Of a stretch of DNA of 44,451 bases, positions 21,150 through 30,762 are shown one piece after another. Every line of letters begins with the position of its first letter. The first letter of the stretch is position 1. The stretch comes from Sphingomicrobium sp. Its GTDB lineage: Bacteria > Pseudomonadota > Alphaproteobacteria > Sphingomonadales > Sphingomonadaceae. The stretch is taken from contig DASVYN010000169.1 in the NCBI GenBank assembly GCA_036392155.1, positions 1 through 44,451 of the forward strand, in the 5' to 3' direction. The notes under the pieces were generated by a model, which did no database searches, was not told where the DNA came from, and saw nothing but the letters and a program-made list of their open reading frames with translations. Both the position numbers and the translations under genes were made by a program.

Positions 21150-21220
21150 GGGGTCGCGAACGTCCTTCGGGTGAGTGTTGGAAGAGTTGGCCGCCAGTTA
21201 GGACAGTGCGTGCACTTTTT

Positions 21221-22825
21221 CTAGTCGCGGCCGACCATCTCGACCGCCGTCGGCAGCTGGTAGTCGCGATATTGGTCGCGCAAGTCCTTCTTGCTGAGCT
21301 TGCCGGTCGCGGTGTGAGGCAGCTGGTCGACGAACTCGATCGCATCCGGAAGCCACCATTTGGCAACGTGGCCCGAGAGATAGCTGCGCACCTCCGCCTC
21401 GGACAATTTCGAGCCGGGATCGCGCACCACCAGCAGCAATGGCCGCTCGTCCCATTTGGGGTGCGGGACGCCGATCGCAGCCGCCTCCGCGACACCCGGA
21501 CAGCCGACCGCGGCATTCTCGAGCTCGATCGAGCTGATCCACTCGCCGCCCGACTTGATTACGTCCTTGGCTCGGTCGGTGATCTGGATCGTGCCGTCGG
21601 GGTGGATCGCAGCCATGTCGCCGGTGTCGAACCATTGCTCCTGGTCGACGCAATCTTCATGCTGTTTGAAGTAGCGCTTGACCACGCCTGGCCCGCGGGC
21701 CTGCAGATGGCCCGAGCTCGACCCGTCGCGGGGCAGGACAATCCCCTTGTCGTCGATCGTGCGCAGCTCGACCCCGAACATCGAACGGCCGGGGCGCGAC
21801 ATATATTCGACCTGCTGGTCGTCGGTCATGTCGTCCCAGTTCGCAGGCGGCGCGCCGATGGTCCCGACCGGCGACATCTCGGTCATGCCCCAGAGATGAT
21901 TCACTCGGATGCCTCGCTCGCGGAACCAGCGGATCGTCGCGCGGGGTGCCGCCGAACCGCCGATCACCACCAGTCGGAGCTTGCCCAGATCGGCCCCGGT
22001 GCGCTCCACATGATCAATCATTGCGAGCCAGACGGTCGGAACGCCGGCGGTATGGGTGATGCCCTCCTCGTTGAACAGCCGGCAGAGTTGCCCAGGGACA
22101 TTATTGCTGCAGATCACCAGCTTGAACCCTGCGATCGCCGTAGCATAGGGGATGCACCAGCTGTTGGCGTGGAACATCGGTACGACCGGAAGCATCGCCG
22201 CGCGTGCCGAGAGGTCGAACGCATCAGGCGTGATGATGCTCATCGCGTGGAGCACTGTCGAGCGATGCTCGTAGAGCACGCCCTTGGGGTTCCCGGTGGT
22301 GCCGCTCGTATAGCAGAGGCCGCATGGCTCGCGCTCGTCCCCCTCGTACCAGCCAAAATCGCCGTCTTCCGCCCCGAGCCACGCATCGAAGTCGGCCTCG
22401 AAGCAGACGTAATGCTGGATCGTCGGCCAGCGCGGCTTCATCCGCTCGACCAGGGGTTGGAACGCTGAGTCGTAGAGCAGCACGCGGTCCCCGGCATGAT
22501 TGGCAATATAAGCAAGCTGGTCGTCGAACAGGCGCGGGTTGATGGTATGGAGAACTCCGCCCATCCCGACGACGCCGAACCAGGCGGCGAGATGGCGATC
22601 GTGGTTCATCGCGAGGGTTGCGACGCGATCGCCGGGATCGATTCCGAAACGCTCAAGCGCCTCGCCCATTCGCCGCGCGTCGTTGGCGAGCTTCTTCCAA
22701 TTTGTTCGAACCGTGGTTCCATCGGCGCGAACGGCGACGATCTCGCGGCTGCCGTGCTCACGCTCGGCATGGTCCATCAGCCGCATGATGCGGAGCGGAA
22801 AGTCCTGCATCGCGCCCAACTGCAT
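21221..22825 (-). CDS. Acyl-CoA synthetase (medium/long-chain fatty acid--CoA ligase, AlkK/DmdB-like)
   Basis: [55 protein letters not shown]. Confidence 0.92.
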   Translation of the reverse strand: MQLGAMQDFPLRIMRLMDHAEREHGSREIVAVRADGTTVRTNWKKLANDARRMGEALERFGIDPGDRVATLAMNHDRHLAAWFGVVGMGGVLHTINPRLFDDQLAYIANHAGDRVLLYDSAFQPLVERMKPRWPTIQHYVCFEADFDAWLGAEDGDFGWYEGDEREPCGLCYTSGTTGNPKGVLYEHRSTVLHAMSIITPDAFDLSARAAMLPVVPMFHANSWCIPYATAIAGFKLVICSNNVPGQLCRLFNEEGITHTAGVPTVWLAMIDHVERTGADLGKLRLVVIGGSAAPRATIRWFRERGIRVNHLWGMTEMSPVGTIGAPPANWDDMTDDQQVEYMSRPGRSMFGVELRTIDDKGIVLPRDGSSSGHLQARGPGVVKRYFKQHEDCVDQEQWFDTGDMAAIHPDGTIQITDRAKDVIKSGGEWISSIELENAAVGCPGVAEAAAIGVPHPKWDERPLLLVVRDPGSKLSEAEVRSYLSGHVAKWWLPDAIEFVDQLPHTATGKLSKKDLRDQYRDYQLPTAVEMVGRD

Positions 22826-22879
22826 CGGCGCCTCCCTCGGAAGGCGCATCATGGCGCAAAATCAACCGGGGGCAAGCGT

Positions 22880-23212
22880 TTAGAAAGGAAGCTTGAATCC
22901 CGGCGGCAGCGGCAGGCTGCTCTGCATCTTGTGCATCTCGCCTGCTGCCGCTGCGTCGGCCTTGGCGCGAGCGTCGTTGATCGCCGCAGCGACAAGGTCC
23001 TCGACCATCATCTTCTCCGACGGCGCAAGCAGGCTCTCGTCGATCTCGACGCCGAGGATCCGGCCCTTGGCCGTCGCTCGGATCTTCACCAGACCTCCGC
23101 CGGCGACGCCTTCCACCTCGATCTTGTCGAGATTGTCCTGCGCCTTCTGCAGCTCATTTTGTGCATTCTGCGCGAGTTTCATAATTTCATCGAAATCGGG
23201 CATTTCGGGCAT
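22880..23212 (-). CDS. ybaB: YbaB/EbfC nucleoid-associated protein
   Basis: EVEGVAGGGLVKI, EDLVAAAINDA, LPLPPGFKLPF; follows dnaX. Confidence 0.93.
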   Translation of the reverse strand: MPEMPDFDEIMKLAQNAQNELQKAQDNLDKIEVEGVAGGGLVKIRATAKGRILGVEIDESLLAPSEKMMVEDLVAAAINDARAKADAAAAGEMHKMQSSLPLPPGFKLPF

Positions 23213-23213
23213 G

Positions 23214-24857
23214 TCAGCCGCCTCTCGTGGAAAAGGATTCGAGCTCGGCGCCTGGAAAGGCGTCCATCACAGCACGGACATTGGGATCGGCAAGCACATC
23301 AGCGCGAACGCGTTCCTCGGCCATTTTCTCCTGATCGAGCAGCGATGGCTCGCCGGTTTCGTCGGACAGCGACACCTGCCAGCTCGCGCCGGTAGCGGAT
23401 TTGAGCGCCTGAGCGACGTCGCGCGGCCAGTCGGGCCCAAGCGGTCGCATTGGCCTGAGGACCAGCTCAGGAGGAGCGTAGCGAACCAGGCCGACCTGAT
23501 CATGAAGCTGTTGGGCGAGCAGGTGCTTGCCATGCTGCTCGACGGATTTGACGAGAGCGAGGAAGTCGGCCGGCGCTCGGGCAGTCGGCCCTGATGGCTT
23601 GGTCGAGGGGTTCGATGACCTCGCGACAGCAGCGCCCTCTCCCTTCAGCTTCGCGAGCAGCAATGCCGGATCCGGCATGTCGGCAGCGTGAATCAGCCGA
23701 AGTAGCGCCATCGCCGCCGCCTCGCGCGGGTCGGGAGCGATCTCGACGTCCTGCAGCCCCTTGAGGAGCATTTGCCAGAGCCGATGGATCGCGCCCCAGG
23801 AAAGCGTCGCAGCGATTTCGGTAGCGTTCTCGCGCTCCTCGGCGCTCTGCAGCGCATCGGCGTTTGCACCCGCCTTGGCCCGGGTGGCGGCATGCAGGCT
23901 CTCCATCAGACCGCGAAGCAGCTGCGTTGGATCGATCCCCAGCTCATGCGCTTCGTCGAGCTCGGCCAATGCAGCGCTCGCGTCAACCGACAAAACCAGC
24001 TGTAACAGCCTCCGGATCCGCCCGCGGTCGGCGAGACCCAACATGTCGCGAACCTGTTCCGCCGAGATCGCGCCGGCACCATGTGCAATCGCCTGATCGA
24101 GGATCGACAGCCCATCGCGGGCCGAACCCTCTGCTGCCCGTGCGATCATTCCGAGCGCCTCGGGCTCGACCTCGACGCCTTCGGCCTTCGATACTTCAGC
24201 GAAATGCACGGCCAGCTTCTCGGCCGGTATTCGCCTGAGATCGAAGCGCTGGCAGCGCGACAGCACCGTTACCGGAACCTTGTTCACTTCCGTCGTCGCG
24301 AAGAGGAACTTCACATGCTCAGGTGGCTCCTCAAGAGTCTTGAGCAAGGCATTGAAAGCAGCCTTTGAAAGCATGTGGACTTCGTCGATGATGTAAATCT
24401 TGTAGCGCGCGCTGACCGAAGCGTAGCGGACCGCGTCGATGATCTCGCGGATGTCGTCGATGCCGGTGTGGCTGGCGGCGTCCATCTCGATTACGTCGAT
24501 GTGCCGTCCCTCGGAGATTGCCCGGCACGGCTCACAAACGTTGCATGGGCTGATCGTTGGTCCACCCTGTCCGTCCGGTCCGATGCAATTGAGTGCCTTG
24601 GCGATAAGTCGCGCGGTCGAGGTCTTGCCGACGCCGCGAACCCCGGTGAGCAGAAAGGCATGGGCGATCCGCCCGCGCTCAATTGCGTTGGCGAGGGTCT
24701 TCACCATCGCATCCTGGCCGATCAGCTGACCAAAGGTCTGCGGCCGGTATTTGCGCGCAAGGACGCGATAGGGCGACGCGCTCGTGGCCCTCTCGGGCTG
24801 TTCGGGAACATCGAGGCCCAGATCGAATGATGCTTCGGGCGATTCGTCGGCGTGCAT
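23214..24857 (-). CDS. dnaX: DNA polymerase III gamma/tau subunit
   Basis: YRVLARKYRPQTF, GVRGVGKTS, 4-Cys zinc motif, IIDEVHMLS, VLSRCQRF, GSARDGLS. Confidence 0.97.
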   Translation of the reverse strand: MHADESPEASFDLGLDVPEQPERATSASPYRVLARKYRPQTFGQLIGQDAMVKTLANAIERGRIAHAFLLTGVRGVGKTSTARLIAKALNCIGPDGQGGPTISPCNVCEPCRAISEGRHIDVIEMDAASHTGIDDIREIIDAVRYASVSARYKIYIIDEVHMLSKAAFNALLKTLEEPPEHVKFLFATTEVNKVPVTVLSRCQRFDLRRIPAEKLAVHFAEVSKAEGVEVEPEALGMIARAAEGSARDGLSILDQAIAHGAGAISAEQVRDMLGLADRGRIRRLLQLVLSVDASAALAELDEAHELGIDPTQLLRGLMESLHAATRAKAGANADALQSAEERENATEIAATLSWGAIHRLWQMLLKGLQDVEIAPDPREAAAMALLRLIHAADMPDPALLLAKLKGEGAAVARSSNPSTKPSGPTARAPADFLALVKSVEQHGKHLLAQQLHDQVGLVRYAPPELVLRPMRPLGPDWPRDVAQALKSATGASWQVSLSDETGEPSLLDQEKMAEERVRADVLADPNVRAVMDAFPGAELESFSTRGG

Positions 24858-24959
24858 TGAGTATCGTTTAGGGCCTCCGGCACGCTTGCGCCAAGAGTTC
24901 GGCGGGCCGCCTTCGTCGGAAGGCTATCAGACGCATGGCAGCCGCGGCTCAAGAGAAGC

Positions 24960-25052
24960 CGGTGGAAGCCGGCGACCCGGCACGAAATCGTTGTGGCTGC
25001 TTCCTTCCGGATCTGACCAGGTTGGCGACAGCACCGTCCGCCGACTTCCGTG
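24960..25052 (-). ncRNA. ffs: Signal recognition particle 4.5S RNA
   Basis: Minus strand GGAAGTCGGCGG...GGTCAGATCCGGAAGGAAGCAGCC...CGCCGGCTTCC: domain IV with GGAA tetraloop and paired ends, upstream of dnaX. Ends approximate. Confidence 0.92.
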
Positions 25053-25056
25053 CGGG

Positions 25057-25085
25057 CATATGGGATAAGCGGCGAGCGCGTGCAA
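25057..25085 (-). promoter_or_regulatory. Sigma70-type promoter of ffs
   Basis: TTGCAC-N17-CATATG on the minus strand immediately 5' of the SRP RNA. Confidence 0.5.
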
Positions 25086-25149
25086 GCTCATCGAAGGCGC
25101 TAAGCGCTGCTTAATTGACCGTTCACCCGTAAAGGACGAGGTCGCTCGA

Positions 25150-25872
25150 ATGTTCCTGGCTGTCCTTGTTGCTTCGGCCGCGCAAGCAGCGGTCCCCCAG
25201 TCTGCACCGATCTTTGTCAGAGGACATGTCTGGGCGCCGTTCATCAGCCCAATGGGTGAGCCGTTCCGCCCGCACGGCCCCGATGACGACACGCTCGCCG
25301 ACTGGTTTCACCAGGCCGATCGCAATCATGATGGCGTGCTGACCCTCGACGAAATGGTCGCCGATGCCGACCGCTTCTTCGCGACGCTCGATACGGATCA
25401 CAACGGCGAAATCGATCCCGACGAACTCGCTCATTATGAATGGGAAGTCGCGCCCGACATCCAGGTGATGTCGAAGACCAGGAGAGCCCCTGGTCAGTCC
25501 CCGCCAGCTTCGCAGCAGGTCGATTCCGACGAGAAGCACGGCCACGACCGGGAGCGACAGCGCCGTCATGAAGAGGATGCCAGCCTCGGGATCGGAGGCG
25601 CTCTCCAGGGAGCTGCCCGCTATTCCCTGCTCGACATCCCCGAGCCCGTTGCTGCGGCAGATACTGATTTCGACCGGGGAGTTTCGCTCGTCGAATTCAG
25701 AGCGGCTGCAGTTGCACGTTTTCAGCTCCTCGACAGCACGCATCGAGGCAAGCTCACCCTGTCCCAGCTCGAAGCCCTGCTGCAAGCGGTCCGAACGGCC
25801 GCCAGTCAGCATAAGCATCGCAATAATCAGTCCGACGCGCGCGTCGGCAATCCGTTGCCTCCCGGCAACTGA
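25150..25872 (+). CDS. Exported EF-hand protein
   Basis: Signal-like N-terminus; loops DRNHDGVLTLDE, DTDHNGEIDPDE, DTDFDRGVSLVE and degenerate DSTHRGKLTLSQ. Confidence 0.8.
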   Translation: MFLAVLVASAAQAAVPQSAPIFVRGHVWAPFISPMGEPFRPHGPDDDTLADWFHQADRNHDGVLTLDEMVADADRFFATLDTDHNGEIDPDELAHYEWEVAPDIQVMSKTRRAPGQSPPASQQVDSDEKHGHDRERQRRHEEDASLGIGGALQGAARYSLLDIPEPVAAADTDFDRGVSLVEFRAAAVARFQLLDSTHRGKLTLSQLEALLQAVRTAASQHKHRNNQSDARVGNPLPPGN

Positions 25873-25882
25873 CCGAGACTTC

Positions 25883-26218
25883 CTAGCGACCCATCCAATT
25901 CTTTGCGTCAGGTGGGATTCTGACGGTCAGCCCCTCCATCTCCTCGGTCAGAATGATCTGACAGGCCAGCCGCGAGGTACGGCTCGCATGCGCTGCGAGA
26001 TCCAGCAAATCCTCTTCTTCCTCCGTCGCCGGAGGCAGCTTTTCGAAGTCTGCCGAATCGACGATGACATGGCAGGTCGAACAGGCCATGACGCCCTCGC
26101 ATGCCCCCTCCAGCGGCTCGCGCGCCGCCCAGGCGACATCCAGCAAACGCTGCCCCGGCTCGGCCTCCACTTCCTTGTCGAGAGTTCCGTCCGCTCGAAA
26201 AAACCGCACATGCGTCAC
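25883..26218 (-). CDS. fdx: Adrenodoxin-type 2Fe-2S ferredoxin
   Basis: EGACEGVMACSTCHV, EEDLLD, SRLACQ; GTG 26218 overlaps the upstream stop. Confidence 0.92.
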   Translation of the reverse strand: MTHVRFFRADGTLDKEVEAEPGQRLLDVAWAAREPLEGACEGVMACSTCHVIVDSADFEKLPPATEEEEDLLDLAAHASRTSRLACQIILTEEMEGLTVRIPPDAKNWMGR

Positions 26219-27333
26219 GCGTCGAGCTTCTCCTGAGCAACCGCGGCCGAGGCGAGGCGCTGACATGCGTCGAGCAATTCGGCCTGGGACGTATAACGCC
26301 CGAATCCGAGCCGGATCGAGGAACGGCTTTGGCGATAGTCGAGGCCGAGCGCGCGAAGCACGTGGCTCGGCCGACCCGAGCCGCTGGCGCAGGCACTTCC
26401 GAGCGAGAAAGCGATGTCGCGCAAATCGGCAATGAGCCGTGCCGAATCAACGCCTTCGCGCCGAATGTTGAGGTTTCCATAATATCTGTGGGCGGTGCTT
26501 CCGTTGATTGTCCAACCGTGCCCAAGTGCGTGGACCGCTGCTTTCCATAGTTTCTCGACATGGTCGTAGTCGCGAGTGCAGCGCTCGTCCGCCAGCTTGG
26601 CGGCAGCGCCGAAGCCGACGCAAAGCGCTGGCGACAAAGTTCCAGACCGAAGCCCCCGCTCCTGTCCCCCGCCGTGAATGAAAGCCGCGGGCTCCTTGCC
26701 CTTCCTCATCCACAAGGCGCCGACGCCTTTGGGTCCGTGGATCTTGTGCGCCGAGACTGCGACGAGATCCGGACCCCTGCAGATTTCGAGGCGGCCGAAC
26801 GCCTGTACGGCATCGCACAGCATCAGTGCGCCGGCCCGATGCGCCATGTCGGCGACCTCGGAGATCGGCTGGGTGACGCCAATCTCATTATTGACCATCA
26901 TCACCGCGACCAGCAGCACGCGATCGTCCAGCTCGCGCGCCAGCAAGTCGAGGTCGAGACGTCCGTCGCCCTCGACCGGCAGGACGGTAAGGTCGATTCC
27001 CTGCCCTGCAAGCCACTCGCACGTGTCGAGAACCGCCGCATGCTCGGTGGCAACGGTGATGATCCGTTTGCGGCCGCGCCCCGCCTTTTCGACCGTTCCC
27101 TTGAGCGCCCAGTTGATCGCTTCGGTGGCACTGCCGGTGAACGCGATGCTTCCACCTTTCAGCCCGACTGCTTTCTCGACCTGCTTGCGTGCAACCTCGA
27201 TCGCTGCGGCGGCTTCGTGGCCCCAGCGCGACGGCGAGTGCGGATTGGCGAATTTCGCCTCGATCCACGGCCCCATCGCCTTCACCACTTCGGGCGCAAT
27301 CGGCGTGGTCGCTTGGTAATCGAGATAGATCAC
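26215..27333 (-). CDS. Cysteine desulfurase (IscS/NifS-like), downstream copy
   Basis: IYLDYQATTP, NPHS, NNEIG, DAVQ, SAHKIHGPKG, SLGSACASG; GTG 27333 overlaps the upstream stop. Confidence 0.93.
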   Translation of the reverse strand: MIYLDYQATTPIAPEVVKAMGPWIEAKFANPHSPSRWGHEAAAAIEVARKQVEKAVGLKGGSIAFTGSATEAINWALKGTVEKAGRGRKRIITVATEHAAVLDTCEWLAGQGIDLTVLPVEGDGRLDLDLLARELDDRVLLVAVMMVNNEIGVTQPISEVADMAHRAGALMLCDAVQAFGRLEICRGPDLVAVSAHKIHGPKGVGALWMRKGKEPAAFIHGGGQERGLRSGTLSPALCVGFGAAAKLADERCTRDYDHVEKLWKAAVHALGHGWTINGSTAHRYYGNLNIRREGVDSARLIADLRDIAFSLGSACASGSGRPSHVLRALGLDYRQSRSSIRLGFGRYTSQAELLDACQRLASAAVAQEKLDA

Positions 27334-28448
27334 GCAGCCCTCGATTGCGCCTTGCTGGCGATATCGCGCCAAGTCTCGAGGAAGCGGCTGATGTCATCGC
27401 TCGAGGTCGACCATCCGAAGCTCACGCGGATCGTACACCTGGCATCCTCTTCGCTCACCCCGAAGGCAGACAGGACACGGCTGCTCTTCAACGAGCCGGA
27501 TGAGCAAGCACTTCCGGCAGACACAGCGATGCCGGCGGAGTCGAAATGGACGAGCTGGGCCGCAGCGCTCATCCCGGGAATCGTCCAAGCCTGAATGCTC
27601 GATAACCGCATGCCGCGCGCCGGCTGGTACACCCCGCCCGCTTGCGCCATCGGATATTCCAAATCAAGGATCGGATGGGCCAAGTCGTGGAGCCATTGGG
27701 CCATCGGACCCGCGTCTGGCCCCCCACCTGGGATCAGCCTGATTGGGAATTGTTCGACGGCAACCGCAAATCCGACGGCAGCAGGAACGTTCTGAGTACC
27801 GGCACGATAGCCGAATTCCTGTCCGCCAACAGCGGTCAGCATGCCAAGATCGCGCACGAGCAAGGCGCCGATGCCCGGCGGACCACCGAGCTTGTGCGCT
27901 GAAACGACCAGCATATCCGCGTCCGGCAGTGGGACCTTGCCTGCGGACTGCGAGCAGTCGCACACCAAGCAGCCGCCAGCCTCACGAACGAACCTGGTCA
28001 ACTCGTCTATCGGCTGCTCGATGCCCGTCTCCGAATTGACGTGCTGTATTGCGACGAGCGGTGCGTTGTTCCGCTTCAGCCCGTCATCGAGGGCATCCCG
28101 ATCAACTTCCGACCTGGCCCCGACCGGAATGACCTTGGCAGCCGGTGCGGCGCGGAAGACCGCGTCGTGCTCGACCGCCGACGCGAGAACGGGCCGATCG
28201 GAGCGCGACAAGGCGATCGCAAGCGATTCCGTCGCACCGCTGGTGAAGATCAGCTCGCCATCCCAGCTGAGCGCTTTTTTGATCCGTTGTCGGGCATCCT
28301 CGAGCGCAGCGCGCGCTGCACGCCCCTCCGAATGTGGAGAATTGGGATTGGCCCATTTGCCCATCGCCTCGCACATTGACGTCATGACTTCAGGCAGCAC
28401 TGGCGTGGTCGCCGCATGGTCGAGATAGATGCGGCCTGCGCTGTTCAA
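27330..28448 (-). CDS. Cysteine desulfurase (IscS/NifS-like), upstream copy
   Basis: IYLDHAATTP, FTSGATE, NSETG, SAHKLGGPPG, SAGSACSSG; probable TTG start at 28448. Confidence 0.9.
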   Translation of the reverse strand: MNSAGRIYLDHAATTPVLPEVMTSMCEAMGKWANPNSPHSEGRAARAALEDARQRIKKALSWDGELIFTSGATESLAIALSRSDRPVLASAVEHDAVFRAAPAAKVIPVGARSEVDRDALDDGLKRNNAPLVAIQHVNSETGIEQPIDELTRFVREAGGCLVCDCSQSAGKVPLPDADMLVVSAHKLGGPPGIGALLVRDLGMLTAVGGQEFGYRAGTQNVPAAVGFAVAVEQFPIRLIPGGGPDAGPMAQWLHDLAHPILDLEYPMAQAGGVYQPARGMRLSSIQAWTIPGMSAAAQLVHFDSAGIAVSAGSACSSGSLKSSRVLSAFGVSEEDARCTIRVSFGWSTSSDDISRFLETWRDIASKAQSRAA

Positions 28449-28557
28449 AACTGCCGGATTCCTGCCAATTGCCACATGAAGGCCCGACCCTATATAGGAC
28501 CCGACGCTGCTGCGCACCCGCGCAGCGATATCTAATTCGCGAGCACACGCCACTTTC

Positions 28558-29241
28558 ATGCCCGAAGTCATTTTCCCAGGCCCTGAGGGGCGCCTCGAAG
28601 GTCGTTTCCATCCCGGTACCCGCCCCCGCGCACCAGTTGCGCTGGTCCTGCATTCACACCCGCAGGCGGGTGGCACGATGAACAATAAGATCGTCCAGTT
28701 GCTCTACCAGACGTTCGTCAGGCGCGGCTTTGCGACTCTGCGTTTCAACTTCCGCGGAGTGGGCAAGAGCCAGGGCGTATTCGACAACGGCATTGGTGAG
28801 CTCTCGGATGCCGCGAGCGCCCTCGACTGGGTCCAGAGCATCCATCCTGAAGCTGAGACCACGTGGGTCGCCGGAGTGAGCTTCGGCGCGTGGATCGGCA
28901 TGCAGCTGCTGATGCGCCGTCCGGAGATCCGCGGCTTCATCTCGATCGCTCCACCGGCGAACATGTACGACTTCAGCTTCCTCGCGCCCTGCCCCTCCTC
29001 GGGCATCATTATCCAGGGCGAGGCCGACGAGGTCGTCACGCCGAGCGCGGTGCAGAAGCTTGTCGACAAGCTCCGTACCCAGCGCCACATCACGATTCAC
29101 CACGATCTGATCCCCGGCGCGAACCATTTCTTCGCCAACGAGCTCGACCTGCTGATGAGATCGGTCGATGATTATCTCGACATGCGGCTCGCCACCGATC
29201 CGATCAAACCGGCTATACCGTCCAGATCATCACGTTCATGA
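28558..29241 (+). CDS. Alpha/beta hydrolase (family usually found next to cysteine desulfurases in alphaproteobacteria)
   Basis: MPEVIFPGPEGRLEGR, GGTMNN, RFNFRGVG, GVSFG nucleophile elbow, GANHFF. Confidence 0.92.
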   Translation: MPEVIFPGPEGRLEGRFHPGTRPRAPVALVLHSHPQAGGTMNNKIVQLLYQTFVRRGFATLRFNFRGVGKSQGVFDNGIGELSDAASALDWVQSIHPEAETTWVAGVSFGAWIGMQLLMRRPEIRGFISIAPPANMYDFSFLAPCPSSGIIIQGEADEVVTPSAVQKLVDKLRTQRHITIHHDLIPGANHFFANELDLLMRSVDDYLDMRLATDPIKPAIPSRSSRS

Positions 29242-29380
29242 CGATCACCAACGCTGCGATGATCATCAGGATTCCGCGGCCGCGAGTCTGAGCGTCGAAG
29301 ACCAGCCTCGCGCCGCCTGCGAGCAGCACGAAACCGGCAATCATCGCGGCAGTCAGCGCGAGCTGTGAGAATTTGTCCAT
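29213..29380 (-). CDS. 55-aa two-helix membrane protein (not in the ORF track)
   Basis: Hand translation MDKFSQLALTAAMIAGFVLLAGGARLVFDAQTRGRGILMIIAALVIVMNVMIWTV*; two hydrophobic segments joined by a basic loop. Confidence 0.72.
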   Translation of the reverse strand: MDKFSQLALTAAMIAGFVLLAGGARLVFDAQTRGRGILMIIAALVIVMNVMIWTV

Positions 29381-29387
29381 TGTCACC

Positions 29388-29411
29388 GGTTAATTTTACC
29401 AAGGCTTAACC
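29388..29411. promoter_or_regulatory. CtrA-like binding site
   Basis: GGTTAA-T-TTTACC-AAGGC-TTAACC, i.e. TTTA-N7-TTAAC (one mismatch to TTAA-N7-TTAAC) plus an extra half site. Confidence 0.5.
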
Positions 29412-29434
29412 AAGATTGAGCAAGAGTGGCGGCC

Positions 29435-29689
29435 ATGGCCAAAGCTGACCAGCAGGCGCGCCTCGACGAAGCGTTCGAACGGATCGAAGAAACGATCCTG
29501 CCGTGCATCGCGATGATGCTCGAGACTCTCATTGATGCCTCCGAATCGGTTGCCGAAGGTGAACGTCGCTTTCTGGTCGGCGAACTTCAGACACTGGCGG
29601 CCGAGCTCGAAGAGCTTACCAAGGCCGTTGAGCGCTCAAGTCCGGCGCATGTCGAGCCCGGCGAGTACAAAGCCCGCAACGTCGCCTAA
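29435..29689 (+). CDS. Small acidic helical hypothetical protein
   Basis: 84-87 aa ORF filling the gap, with amphipathic helical pattern (LDEAFERIEETI...ELQTLAAELEELTKAV). Start 29435 or GTG 29426. Confidence 0.6.
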   Translation: MAKADQQARLDEAFERIEETILPCIAMMLETLIDASESVAEGERRFLVGELQTLAAELEELTKAVERSSPAHVEPGEYKARNVA

Positions 29690-30621
29690 ATCGCTTCGGC
29701 GATGATCCGAGCGTGAAGCGCTGGATCCACATTTCCGCCCGACAACACCGCGACCGTGTCCTCCATCGGCGTGAGCTTGCCCGTTAAAAGGGCAGCGAGA
29801 CCGACGGCTCCGCCGGGCTCGACGACCAGCCCGTGCTTGTGCCAGGCGAATCGAACTGCCTGCGCCACTTCTTCGTCGGTTACCGACAGCGCGGTTGCGC
29901 CGCATTCTTTGAGTATTTCGAACGTGATCGGTGACACACGCGGCGTCTGAAGCGCGTCGCAAAAGGTCGGCGGTGCTTCCGCGGATACGGACACGATCTC
30001 TCCCAGCTCGAGCGAGCGACCCATATCATCCCAGCCTTCCGGCTCGACGATCACAATTTGGATCCCCGGAACAGCGAGTGCGGTGCCCGCCGCAAGCCCT
30101 CCGCCTCCGCATGGAATGACGATCCGTTTCGGCGAACGGCCGAGCTGCTCGATTATTTCCAATCCGACCGTCCCCTGGCCGGCAACAATCGCAGGATCGT
30201 CGAAGCTCGGAACCACCGTTGCGCCGCTTTTGCCGGCGATGAGAGAAGCAATCTCCTCGCGGCTCTCCGTTCGCCGGTCGTAGAAGACGATCTCGGCGCC
30301 CTCGGCCCGCGTGCCCTCAACCTTCACTTCGGGCGCATCGGCCGGCATCACAATGATCGCGCGGATTGCGAGGCGTCTGGCGGCAATCGCCACTCCCCGC
30401 GCATGATTGCCCGACGAGAAAGCGACGACTCCTTTTGCGCGCTGCTCGGGAGTGAGCTGCAGCAGCCGGTTGGTCGCGCCCCTGAGCTTGAATGCACCGC
30501 CGGTCTGAAGGCACTCGCACTTGAACCAGAGGCGCATCCCATCGACTTCGCTCTCCACCAAAGGAGTGCGCTGCACCTTGTCGGCAATCCGCTCGGCGGC
30601 GCCGACCACATCGCCCCGCAT
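29686..30621 (-). CDS. PLP-dependent threonine/serine dehydratase or racemase family protein
   Basis: RTPL, KCECLQTGGAFKLRGA, AFSSGNHA, GQGTVGLE, PCGGGGL, VEPGGA, LSGGNVD; no ACT domain. Confidence 0.9.
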   Translation of the reverse strand: MRGDVVGAAERIADKVQRTPLVESEVDGMRLWFKCECLQTGGAFKLRGATNRLLQLTPEQRAKGVVAFSSGNHARGVAIAARRLAIRAIIVMPADAPEVKVEGTRAEGAEIVFYDRRTESREEIASLIAGKSGATVVPSFDDPAIVAGQGTVGLEIIEQLGRSPKRIVIPCGGGGLAAGTALAVPGIQIVIVEPEGWDDMGRSLELGEIVSVSAEAPPTFCDALQTPRVSPITFEILKECGATALSVTDEEVAQAVRFAWHKHGLVVEPGGAVGLAALLTGKLTPMEDTVAVLSGGNVDPALHARIIAEAI

Positions 30622-30727
30622 GTTTCCGGTATCTTCAATTAAGCTATTGATAACCCTGCCCTTTCGTTAGACCGTTGCAGTTTGACGACAAACGTCTCCC
30701 GAATTGCTGTTGAGGGTCCAAAGAATC

Positions 30728-30756
30728 TTTACAGGGGGGACCCCCGCACATATATC
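30728..30756 (+). promoter_or_regulatory. Sigma70-type promoter of the decarboxylase operon
   Basis: TTTACA-N17-TATATC; predicts a start near 30763, right before the structured leader. Confidence 0.55.
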
Positions 30757-30762
30757 GCGCTC

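Noticed and set aside
23214-24857. Programmed frameshift in dnaX (gamma/tau)
   Set aside because: I saw no A-AAA-AAG or long poly-A slippery site in the coding strand.
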